In this document: positions 48,148-56,819 of the stretch, in pieces
Layout: every line of letters starts with the position of its first letter
Position numbering within the stretch: position 1 is the first letter of the stretch
Assembly: GCA_963667175.2 (NCBI GenBank)
Contig: CAXXXF010000006.1
Coordinates: 256,001-320,000, forward strand
Direction of reading: 5' to 3'
Length of the DNA stretch: 64,000 nucleotides
DNA from: Candidatus Latescibacterota bacterium
GTDB lineage: Bacteria > Latescibacterota > UBA2968 > GCA-2709665
The notes under the pieces: model-generated
The model's database searches: none
What the model was told of the DNA's origin: nothing
What the model saw: the letters and a program-made list of their open reading frames with translations, nothing else
Translations under genes and position numbers: made by a program

Positions 48148-49089
48148 TCAATCAACAGTCTTGACCATGTCGTACAGATTCAAAAATCCATCGCCGAAGT
48201 ACGGCGAGTACATCGACCCGGGTTCAGTATCGCACCTGAAACTGTTCATGCCATTCGCATAGCTTTTCCGATTATTCGTAACAATCCAGGGCCCACCACT
48301 GCAGCCACGGGTCATGTTGTTGCGCATACAAATGGGATTCGTTCCGTTTATATAACCCCCGAGAGATTGCCACATGTGTCTTCCGTCGAACGCGTGTCCA
48401 GGAACCGGTTCACGTGGGTAGCCGAGGGACCTGTACGGACCCTGGTCAGGCGGGTAATTCGCCATCCAGCCAAGTGATCCGGTTGCCGGTCGAATGGGGA
48501 GGTGAGTCACGAATGCCCCCATATCGTACCTGAAGTCTCGATTCTGTGTCCATCCGTTGAGAGAAAAAATCTCCGTCGAACTCCATTTCCCGACCGCATC
48601 ATCCGAAGCATCGTACTGCGGCACGAACAGTATGTTGTCGGCCCAGCCGCCATTTTTCCAGTCGTATACGCAATGGCCGGCGGTAAAGACGCCCTTCTCC
48701 GCGATTACCCATCCAGTCCCGACGTAGGGTTTGCCATTGAACGTCATGAACATCTTGCCGACTGTGCTGTAGGGCACGTCGTTTCGGGCATCCGCCGGCA
48801 CTCGTGTGGTTTTGAAGGTGTTTGGGACGTCGACGGCTTCTTCGTGGTCACTAACGCCGGCGCCGTCAGGAGGCTGGCTCTCCATGACCGTTATAGTGGC
48901 TTCCTGTGTCCAGATATCAGCCGCCATAAATGACAACACTTGCTCTTCAGAAACGTCGGCTTCTTTCGGTTGTGCCATCTCCATTTTTTCGTGAGTCCAG
49001 TACGACTCAATGTCGCTTGCGGATCTATCTGCCCCATTCTCGGCGCTTGTTACGGCTATATCTTCCGGTTGAATTTGCACTGTTGTCAC
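48148..49089 (-). CDS. Trypsin-like (S1) serine protease
   Basis: FTAGHCV (His), YDMG (Asp), GCSGGPW (Ser); YWTHEKM propeptide motif; start uncertain. Confidence 0.88.
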   Translation of the reverse strand: MTTVQIQPEDIAVTSAENGADRSASDIESYWTHEKMEMAQPKEADVSEEQVLSFMAADIWTQEATITVMESQPPDGAGVSDHEEAVDVPNTFKTTRVPADARNDVPYSTVGKMFMTFNGKPYVGTGWVIAEKGVFTAGHCVYDWKNGGWADNILFVPQYDASDDAVGKWSSTEIFSLNGWTQNRDFRYDMGAFVTHLPIRPATGSLGWMANYPPDQGPYRSLGYPREPVPGHAFDGRHMWQSLGGYINGTNPICMRNNMTRGCSGGPWIVTNNRKSYANGMNSFRCDTEPGSMYSPYFGDGFLNLYDMVKTVD

Positions 49090-49113
49090 ATCAATCTGGT
49101 TTGCAGTTCAATC

Positions 49114-49299
49114 TCAGGAGTCGGCGGGTTTACCCGTTTCGCCTGGTGCTGGCCGTTCCAAACCCACGGGGACGGCGGAACGCATTCGCTCGGGTGTCCA
49201 ATAGGCCATTACATCTTCGCTCGATTCCATGTTCCGTTTAGAGGTAACAGACGTCGATTCCGCTGGCTTGCTGTCCTTACCGCCATCAAGACTCTTCAT
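49114..49299 (-). CDS. Small protein with protease-propeptide-like YWTPERM motif
   Basis: AGGGGG RBS; same reading frame as the downstream protease. Confidence 0.6.
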   Translation of the reverse strand: MKSLDGGKDSKPAESTSVTSKRNMESSEDVMAYWTPERMRSAVPVGLERPAPGETGKPADS

Positions 49300-49718
49300 C
49301 TTACACCCCCTGATGTCTTAACAGGCTCAATACGCTACACGACGATTACCATTAAAGACAATCGGCACAACTTTGACGCTTATACCGATCCCCCGGGGGA
49401 CGGAATAGAGTAAGACGTTCTAAAAAAATCGGACATAGTTGGAATAAAACTTACGGTGGAAAAGATCGCGAGTCAATGGGTTTTTATCTTCGGCTCTTCT
49501 GGTAGGTTTACACGCCACGACCTTTCCGCCTGCTGACGTTCGCTCTTCGTTGCGTAAAAAAGCGCTCAGCCATCACACTTCCAGAGACTAGCAGTCCAGT
49601 CCAATGCAAGACGCGAGACGAAAAATCAAAGGACAGACGGGACTGGGGGGATGCCGGGGTCCTCTTCCGTCTTGCGTCTAACCTCTCCCCGGCGGGAGAC
49701 GGGCGGAGGCGGGTTCGC

Positions 49719-52700
49719 TTATTGAACGTAGAAACCGGTCTGTCTGTTTGAAGTCAGACCGCTGTTCAGATCGGTGACGTCGATTTCGAGGATATACTGG
49801 CCCGGTCTGGTCGACTTCAGATCCAGCTCCATGTATATTTCTTCCGACTCCGAGTTTCCGATCTGCTCGTAGCCCACCGCCAGTTCCTGTTTTCTGCCGG
49901 TGAATACGCGCACCAACTGGGAGATAACCCCGCTGGCCGAGCGCCCCTGGACGCCTTTGGGCCGAATGGTATACGCCACCTTGTACCGGGTCTGTCCGAA
50001 TGCGTCTTTTTTCAGGCGGTAAATCTCATAGTAGACGAAAACACCCTGGTCCCGTCCGAACGTGCGGGTGGGAATCGGAATGACGCGGAGTCCGCCTTTC
50101 TTGAACTTCCCCGGTTCGTCCGACTCGACAACAGAGTAGGCCAATTGCAACTCGCTCAGCTGCAGGAAGTTCCTGTCGTAGTTGTCGATCACGACTTCCT
50201 GCCGGTACCGGCCCTGCCGCCCGGACAACCTGTCCTTGACCTGCACCTCCATCCGGTACGTGCCGGGAGGCGCCCCCAGATCCACCAGATCGGGCACAAA
50301 GCCGCCGCGCGCGCCGGTCAGGTCGCCGCCGCCGCTGAATTCCAGATTGCCCTGCCGGCGGTACACCGCCCCGTTGCGCGGGTTGTTCAATGCTACGGAT
50401 CGCTGCAGAAACATCTCGGTTGCGTCGCGATCCGGCAGATACTTGCCTAACTTATATGGCGCTCCGAAATAGACCTCCAGTATCGACCCCAGGCCCCGAT
50501 CATCCTCACGGAAGTTGGCCAGGTCGTAATAGAACTCCAGCGGCAATTTGCCCTCTGGCGGCTTGTAGTAGTCCGGCGTTACCCGGGCTGCCTGCTGGGC
50601 CACGAACCGCGGATTGAACTGGTTGAACCTGGTCATCTGCTGCAGGGGAATGCGCACGTCCATCGGCGGCGGTGCGTACTCGAATTCGCCGCGCATATGC
50701 TCATCGGTAAACGTGATTTCGATGCCTCCGTTCACGTCGGTATAAACCCAGACTTCCCAGGGGACCATCGACGCGTCGTCCTGTGAGGAGACGGCCTTGA
50801 ATGCGAAATCGTTTGGAGAGTCGCCCAGCGCCAGCGCGCCCTGATTCATCTGTACGCTTTCGAACCGGAGCAATTCAAGGGATGTTCCCGTCAGTTCATT
50901 TTCCGCCGTAAGACCTGAACCGTAGGTGATGCCAGTACGTTGCGCCTCTCCCTCGGTTGTCCCGCGAGCGACCCTGTTGTCCCCGTAAGTGGCAGAGGAC
51001 AGATCCTCCACCCGCCGTTCTGCACCGAACCCTTCGCCCATGTTCGCGCCGCCGCTGAGATTCGACTTCAGGCTGCGCACCGCGTACACGGGCCCGCCCA
51101 TAAACGTCATCTGGAGGGCGGCCTGGCCGTACATCTGCCGGGCAATGCGCTCCCTGACCCGCTGCACCTTCAGGCTCTGGTCGTAATTCTTCATATCGGA
51201 GGTTGACCGGTATTCGGGTTCCCCGAATCGAATATAGACCTCACCCCGCCGGTCCCAAGGCTGCCTGCCCGACGAATACGCCCCGAGCGCGTACCAGACC
51301 CGCCGGTAGTGCTCAAGCAGGCGCTCGTTGATCGCCGTGGTCAGGTCCGGGTCGTGCGCCGTCCAGAACCGTTTGACCAGTTCGACGCGCGCCGGACCGT
51401 CGGCCATTTCGTACGCACCGCGCTCCTCCGGAGACATCAGAAGGACAGGATCGCGATACAGCGCCTGCTCTTCCGCCGTCGCCGCCTGCAGGTACTCCCT
51501 GAAATACCGGTCCGCCCACTCGAGCCGTCCCAACCCCACGCAGGCCTGCGCCAGGACGGCCATCACACCCGTTTCGTCCGGATGTTGCCGGACGTAGTCA
51601 GTCAGCAGGTTCACGATCCGTTCGTAGTTCCGGGACCGGAGGTACACCGCGGCCAGCCGCTGCCGGCCCCTGGGATCTTCGGGTTCAAGCGTCATGTATC
51701 GCGCGTAGAGCAGGGCCGCCCGCTCGAAATCCTCCTCATGCACCTCGTACCACTCTCCTAAAAGCAGATACGCGGGCGCATACGTTGGATCGATGTCGAG
51801 CACTTTCTCGATATCGTACTTGGCGTCGTGCTCCTGCAGTTTGCGCCTCAGCCTCGCGATATTGTAGCGCGCTTCCAGGTAGTCACGGTTGTATTGAAGC
51901 GCCTTCGTATAGTACCGGATGGCGTCGTACCGGGCTTTGGGCCGCGTTTCGAACACCTGACCGAGTCCGTTGTACGCTTCCGCCATCCTGTGGTCCAGTC
52001 GAACCGCGCGTTCGAAAGAACGTAGCGCAGCGTCAGGATTCTTCGACTTCAAATAGGCATAGCCCAACTTCGAATGCCCGCGCGCGGACTTCGGCGCCAT
52101 CAGCGTGACCACCTGCAGCACCGGCACGGACGCTTGCGGATCCACGTCCAGCACCCGTCTGCCGACGTCCAGCAACGAATCGATCTGGGCCTTTCCCGCC
52201 ACCCTGTCCACCACCCGGAACCCGTCGTCGTGTCGAACCAGTTCCAGCAGCCGCCCGCGGTGGTAGGGACTGATCACCATCGCCTCGCCGGGGGCAGCGC
52301 CCGACCGGTAGAAATAACTGATCGGGCTCTTCTTTCGATCTTCGGGCGACCTGAACAACCGGTCGAGAATCCGCTCCTCCGAGTCATCCAACCCCCCTGC
52401 CCGGACGGAAGCCTTCAGCGCCTCCAGGTTCACGGGCGAACTGCCGTTATGGAGCCGGCGGTATTCAAGTATCATCTCCCCGATCGCGGACAGGTTCTCC
52501 CTGCCAACCCATCGGGCGCCCTGGGCCCCGGCCATCTGCGATCTGCCCGCCAGCAGTTTCGCGTACGCCATTGCAGGTTTGGAGTAAAGAAGGTGATTCC
52601 GCGCAAGCGCTTCGAACTGCTGAGCCGCATCGCGGTAGAAACGTCGCGCGTGCCGAAATTCCCATTGACGGAGCGCCCCGTACGCCAGTTTTACCGTCAT

Positions 52701-53219
52701 CATCGCCTTTTCGACGCCAGCGAGCGAACGGTTGGGTCCGTTGCGCGGACCCCCGTTTTGCGCCTGCCTGCCGCCTGCCTGCAGGCAGGCGGAACCCCAC
52801 TCGACGTCCAGGCGTTCAAGTTCAAATTTGCCGGCTCGCCGCACAACCGTGCCGTTTACCATCACCTCCCAGACCTGGCTCTCAACCATCGGCGCCGCCG
52901 CCTGCCCCACCCCGGAGAGGCGATAGTCCCGCAACGGGCGATCCCTGTAGAATACCCGCCGGCCGTCCGCGGATCTGCCCAGTTGACCGGGACGGCCCGG
53001 GAAAGCGCCCAGCCTGTGTTCGGTCCCGCTTGCGTCCACGGACCACAATTCCGTCAACGCCGCCTGTCCGTTTTCGTAGAAAGCGGTCCGTATCCGCTGG
53101 CCGTTGGACTCCGCCGGAACTGGAAGCGCGGTCCCGGCCAGCAACCCGCAGGCGGAGAGCAGACGAAGGGCGAGTGAACTCATGAAGAACTTTCCAAGAG
53201 CCGACACAACCGGCTTCAC
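49719..53219 (-). CDS. Large secreted TPR plus GWxTD-domain protein
   Basis: Signal peptide, TPRs, FWTAHDPDLTTAINERLLEHYRRV...WDRRGEVYIRFGEPE; C-terminus similar to 12370-14592 (FGQTRY, YFEIY/YYEIY). Confidence 0.82.
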   Translation of the reverse strand: MKPVVSALGKFFMSSLALRLLSACGLLAGTALPVPAESNGQRIRTAFYENGQAALTELWSVDASGTEHRLGAFPGRPGQLGRSADGRRVFYRDRPLRDYRLSGVGQAAAPMVESQVWEVMVNGTVVRRAGKFELERLDVEWGSACLQAGGRQAQNGGPRNGPNRSLAGVEKAMMTVKLAYGALRQWEFRHARRFYRDAAQQFEALARNHLLYSKPAMAYAKLLAGRSQMAGAQGARWVGRENLSAIGEMILEYRRLHNGSSPVNLEALKASVRAGGLDDSEERILDRLFRSPEDRKKSPISYFYRSGAAPGEAMVISPYHRGRLLELVRHDDGFRVVDRVAGKAQIDSLLDVGRRVLDVDPQASVPVLQVVTLMAPKSARGHSKLGYAYLKSKNPDAALRSFERAVRLDHRMAEAYNGLGQVFETRPKARYDAIRYYTKALQYNRDYLEARYNIARLRRKLQEHDAKYDIEKVLDIDPTYAPAYLLLGEWYEVHEEDFERAALLYARYMTLEPEDPRGRQRLAAVYLRSRNYERIVNLLTDYVRQHPDETGVMAVLAQACVGLGRLEWADRYFREYLQAATAEEQALYRDPVLLMSPEERGAYEMADGPARVELVKRFWTAHDPDLTTAINERLLEHYRRVWYALGAYSSGRQPWDRRGEVYIRFGEPEYRSTSDMKNYDQSLKVQRVRERIARQMYGQAALQMTFMGGPVYAVRSLKSNLSGGANMGEGFGAERRVEDLSSATYGDNRVARGTTEGEAQRTGITYGSGLTAENELTGTSLELLRFESVQMNQGALALGDSPNDFAFKAVSSQDDASMVPWEVWVYTDVNGGIEITFTDEHMRGEFEYAPPPMDVRIPLQQMTRFNQFNPRFVAQQAARVTPDYYKPPEGKLPLEFYYDLANFREDDRGLGSILEVYFGAPYKLGKYLPDRDATEMFLQRSVALNNPRNGAVYRRQGNLEFSGGGDLTGARGGFVPDLVDLGAPPGTYRMEVQVKDRLSGRQGRYRQEVVIDNYDRNFLQLSELQLAYSVVESDEPGKFKKGGLRVIPIPTRTFGRDQGVFVYYEIYRLKKDAFGQTRYKVAYTIRPKGVQGRSASGVISQLVRVFTGRKQELAVGYEQIGNSESEEIYMELDLKSTRPGQYILEIDVTDLNSGLTSNRQTGFYVQ
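52763..52789. repeat. 27-bp palindromic mini-element, copy 2, in frame within CDS
   Basis: cctgcctgccgcctgcctgcaggcagg. Confidence 0.65.
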
Positions 53220-53243
53220 CGAAAGGTTTCGGGTTGATGTAAA

Positions 53244-53641
53244 CCCATTAAATCAAAAACCACAACTCACATGGATGGACAGGATAGACAGGATGAAAAC
53301 CAAAAAGGCGCGACAAACACACGAAAAAAACAAACATCAGAAACTACGAAACACGCGAAACACACGAAAAAAACAAACAGCGCAAACGACAAAACACGCG
53401 AGATAAGCGAACAATGCCTGGCTGGACCCTTGAACTCATCTCATTTAAAAAAACAAAACTCACATGGATAGACAGGATGAACAGGATAAAAACAAAAAAC
53501 GCGACAAAGGCACGAGAAAACGAGGAAAAGCAAAATGCACGACCAAAAACAAACATCGAAAACTACGAAAATAACGAAAAATATCTGGCTGACCCCGTTA
53601 ATCCCATTAAATCATAAACCAGAACTCACATGGATAAACAG
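53244..53641. repeat. Strand-asymmetric modular repeat, copy B (about 2.2 tandem units)
   Basis: Unit head (c)cattaaa...aactcacatggat recurs at about 53244, 53440 and 53603. Confidence 0.85.
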
Positions 53642-53674
53642 ATCTTATTCGTGAGAAATTCGATTCCATCCTCT

Positions 53675-53699
53675 GCGGGCAGGATGCCCGCGCTCCCAG
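53675..53699. repeat. REP-like palindrome (empty allele)
   Basis: gcgggcaggatgcccgcgctcccag. Confidence 0.7.
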
Positions 53700-53823
53700 G
53701 GGAGTGATGCCGAAATACGGCGGGGCAGCAAAGTTAACCTTCTGCCACTCTATTTAATAGAATAAGGAAAATGAAAGAAAAATCAAAGCGGAACCTGGTC
53801 TTGACGCGGTGGTTGAGGTCATG

Positions 53824-55812
53824 TCATTTCCCCTGCAGCGCGCGAATCCGTCGACGGGCTTCGGCCGAAACCTCTACGTCGCCGCGCCACTGTTTCAGAA
53901 ACGCCTCGTAGGCCGCGGCCGCATCCCCGGGTCTGCCCTGGCTCTCCAGCACCTGGCCCAGGTTGAAATACGCCCTCGATTCTCCCAACGATGCGGATCT
54001 GCGATACGCCTGCGCCGCTTCTTCGGGGCGCCCGGTTTCCTCCAGCGCCACGCCGAGGTTGAATTGGGTTTCCCCGTCTCCCGGCAGCAGAACCGCGGCC
54101 TGCCTGAATCCCTCCGCGGCCATCGCCGGCTCCCCGGCCCGCATGGCCGTGACACCCAGATTCATCCAGGCCTCCGCGAATTTCGGATCCAGACCCACGG
54201 CTTTTCGGTATGCCTCGGTCGCCTGCGCGAAAGCCCCCTTCACGCCGTACGCATTGCCCAGGTTGTTGTAGGTCATGGCTTCTTCGCGGATCGACAGGGC
54301 CCGACGAAACGCCAGAATCGCCCGGTCCATCAGGCCCCGCTCGGCAAGCACCTGCCCCACCGCGTGATGCATCTTCGCACTCGTCGGATACGCTCGCGAC
54401 GCGCTGGAAAACAGGCTGAAGTCATCCTTCCAATCACCGTTCCGAACCACCGTTCGCCCGGCGTACGCCGCCACCACAAGGGCAATCGCGATGACGACGC
54501 TGACGCCGTAGCGCCTGAACAACCTGTCAACCCCGATTCCTGCCAGAGCGAACACGCCGAGAACCGGGATATAGAGGAAGCGTTCCTGCACCATTGAATT
54601 CAGAAGCAACACGGTCTGCGACACCCCGGCATAGGGCGCCCAAAAAAGCGCGCCACAAAAAAACAGCCGCGGCCATCTCGCCAGCGATCGTATCCACAGG
54701 CACAGCCCGCCGAGTCCGAGCGCCACCCCCGCAATCACCCCGGGCTCCAGAAGGGATAGCGAGACCGGTATCGCATTGTACGAGTAATCCACGGACAGGC
54801 GCGATGGAAATGCAAGAAGGGAAACGTAGTGCCAGAAAATCTTCCCGGCGGTCAGGACCCGCACTTCCAGTGAGGCCCCATAGAGCGGATTTACCAGTTC
54901 GGTCATCCCGCCGGGCGAAAATCCAAGGCCCGCCGCGGTGTTGCGCACCACCAGACAGACCCCGAATACCCCCGCAAATCCCAGCCACCACGGCCATCGT
55001 GTCCTTGTCACGCCCGCAACCCGGCGCAGAACCTCGGCCCAAACGGATCTCCCTGCGGACCAGGACAAAGCTGTCTCCGGCGGACCTTCCCCGCGCTTTC
55101 TTCGACGCTCCCCGTTCTGAATCGTATTGCCCTCTGCAACCTCAATCCCCGACGCCAGGTCATATACGATTATGAGGCCCATCAACGCGAGTGCGCTTTC
55201 CTTGCTGATCAGGCCGCAGAAGAAGGCGACGAGCGCAAGCGCGTAGGTCCCCCGCGAACGCGACGGATGCATGTACGCCGTCATACCCGCCAGTAAGAAA
55301 GCGCCGGCCAGCAGGTCGGACCGTCCGAAGGTCACGCCCGCCGCCACTTCCGAATGGATCGGATGCACGGCGAATAACAGGCCCGCAACACCCGCGGCGA
55401 AACGGCTCAGACCCGCGCGCCTGCACAACCCCCACGCCAGCAGACTGCAACACACGTGAAGAAGCACGTTGGTCAGGTGATACCGAAACGGCCGAATGCC
55501 GCCCATCGCGTCCAGCAGAAACGTGAGCACCGTCAGGGGCCGGTAATGACCGGTTTCGTTCCCCGGGTATCCAGCCCAATAGTGGGTCGTGAACACGCTC
55601 CTGAAATCCAGTCGTTCCACGAGCCAGCTTCGAACGATCAGGAATTGGTCGTCGTAGACCAGCCCGTTGCCCAGCGCGTTGAGGTATACCCCGAACGCCG
55701 CCATACCCACGAGAACCGGCCACGCCCACGGGTACGTTACTTCCTTTCCTACGTCCGACACCGAACGATCCTTACGCCTTCGGGAGATGCGTTTCGCCAT
55801 ACCCACCGCCAT
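53824..55812 (-). CDS. TMTC-like protein O-mannosyltransferase homologue (GT-C fold plus TPRs)
   Basis: YDD first-loop acidic pair, YRPLT, HLTNVLLH, LFAVHPIHSE, SKESA, LSVDY, ERFLYIP, RNGDWKD, C-terminal TPRs. Confidence 0.85.
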   Translation of the reverse strand: MAVGMAKRISRRRKDRSVSDVGKEVTYPWAWPVLVGMAAFGVYLNALGNGLVYDDQFLIVRSWLVERLDFRSVFTTHYWAGYPGNETGHYRPLTVLTFLLDAMGGIRPFRYHLTNVLLHVCCSLLAWGLCRRAGLSRFAAGVAGLLFAVHPIHSEVAAGVTFGRSDLLAGAFLLAGMTAYMHPSRSRGTYALALVAFFCGLISKESALALMGLIIVYDLASGIEVAEGNTIQNGERRRKRGEGPPETALSWSAGRSVWAEVLRRVAGVTRTRWPWWLGFAGVFGVCLVVRNTAAGLGFSPGGMTELVNPLYGASLEVRVLTAGKIFWHYVSLLAFPSRLSVDYSYNAIPVSLSLLEPGVIAGVALGLGGLCLWIRSLARWPRLFFCGALFWAPYAGVSQTVLLLNSMVQERFLYIPVLGVFALAGIGVDRLFRRYGVSVVIAIALVVAAYAGRTVVRNGDWKDDFSLFSSASRAYPTSAKMHHAVGQVLAERGLMDRAILAFRRALSIREEAMTYNNLGNAYGVKGAFAQATEAYRKAVGLDPKFAEAWMNLGVTAMRAGEPAMAAEGFRQAAVLLPGDGETQFNLGVALEETGRPEEAAQAYRRSASLGESRAYFNLGQVLESQGRPGDAAAAYEAFLKQWRGDVEVSAEARRRIRALQGK

Positions 55813-55896
55813 TTTAGACCCTTGTTGAGGCTATTCAACAGAGGAGGTATTTCGCGCCGTTCAGTTTGATTCAACGAAATTCCGAAGCATAACCAT

Positions 55897-55949
55897 GCGG
55901 GCAGGATGCCCGCCTGTCTGCCGTGCCATGCGCAGGCAGGCGCTCCCAG
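55897..55949. repeat. REP-like palindrome interrupted by the 28-bp mini-element (copy 3, 55913-55940)
   Basis: gcgggcaggatgcccg[cctgtctgccgtgccatgcgcaggcagg]cgctcccag. Confidence 0.8.
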
Positions 55950-55991
55950 TTCGGAAGGGCGAAATGTCACTGTTGGTTCGTCCCCAAAAGG

Positions 55992-56022
55992 AAAAGCCTC
56001 CCGCATCACGTGGAGGCTTTTT
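55992..56022. terminator. Bidirectional terminator
   Basis: aaaagcctcc-cgcatcacgt-ggaggcttttt. Confidence 0.7.
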
Positions 56023-56048
56023 ACAGGGAACGCGTCGAGCGAATTGGG

Positions 56049-56210
56049 TCATTTCTTTTCAGGAGAATATGGAGGAGGGTCTTTAAACTGCACCCCTGCT
56101 TCCTCCTGTTCTCTGATCCACTGGAATACTTCCTTTCGCCCCTCTTCCCGCCCCTCTTCCCGCCCCTCCTCTCGCTGTTTGCGCCGTATTTCCGCAAGGA
56201 CACCTAACAT
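56049..56210 (-). CDS. 53-aa small protein with REEG repeats
   Basis: Below ORF-track cutoff; AGGAGGTG RBS then MLGVLAEIRRKQREEGREEGREEGRKEVFQWIREQEEAGVQFKDPPPYSPEKK; terminator downstream. Confidence 0.7.
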   Translation of the reverse strand: MLGVLAEIRRKQREEGREEGREEGRKEVFQWIREQEEAGVQFKDPPPYSPEKK

Positions 56211-56250
56211 GGCCTCACCTCCTGCAAGAATAACAAACGCTCCGGTTACC

Positions 56251-56570
56251 GATCAGGATTTGCAGGATTAAGCAGGATTAGATACCAGGAGCAGGATGAA
56301 AACCGAAGAGCGCGAGAAAGGCACGAGAAAACCAACATCAGAAACTACGAAACACGCGAAACACACGAAATAAACAAACAACGCAAACGACAAGACACGC
56401 GAGATAAGCGAACAATGCCTGGCTGGGCCCTTGAACTCATCTCATTTAAAAAACAAAACTCACATGGATAGACAGGATGAACAGGATAAAAAAACAAAGA
56501 GCACGAGAAAGGCACGAGAAAACGAGTAACTGCAATAAATCAATACACCATAGACCGCACGACAACACTC
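56251..56570. repeat. Strand-asymmetric modular repeat, copy C
   Basis: 56334-56490 nearly identical to 53333-53490; begins with three caggatt units. Confidence 0.85.
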
Positions 56571-56773
56571 CGGGCGCCGCGGTCCCGGAATTCTAACGGT
56601 TCTCCTTATTTGTACGCTGAATATTCGAAAAACAACAGGTTATTCAAAAAACAAGACATTTTCGTGATTTATTAACGATAAATGTATCAAATCTGAACCC
56701 TGCAAACAAGTAGATTTGGAGCTGTCAGGCAGTACATGCGACCGGTACTTGAAACTCAGTTTATTCCGGCATT

Positions 56774-56810
56774 TGACCACTGAACACTATCCACTATCCA
56801 CTGACCACTG
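56774..56810. repeat. Heptamer tandem repeat
   Basis: tgaccac tgaacac tatccac tatccac tgaccac tg. Confidence 0.65.
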
Positions 56811-56819
56811 CCTTTAAAT

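Noticed and set aside
53104-53617. Lys/Thr/Arg-rich or Phe-rich short ORFs over the repeat arrays
   Set aside because: Low-complexity translations of the repeat; frame is not kept between copies
53244-53641. CRISPR array
   Set aside because: Units are long, degenerate and similar throughout with no unique spacers; no cas genes in the window
43021-56570. 43021-43072 versus 56521-56572 as a diversity-generating retroelement VR/TR pair
   Set aside because: Several mismatches are at A but others are not, the match is mostly non-coding, and no reverse transcriptase is present
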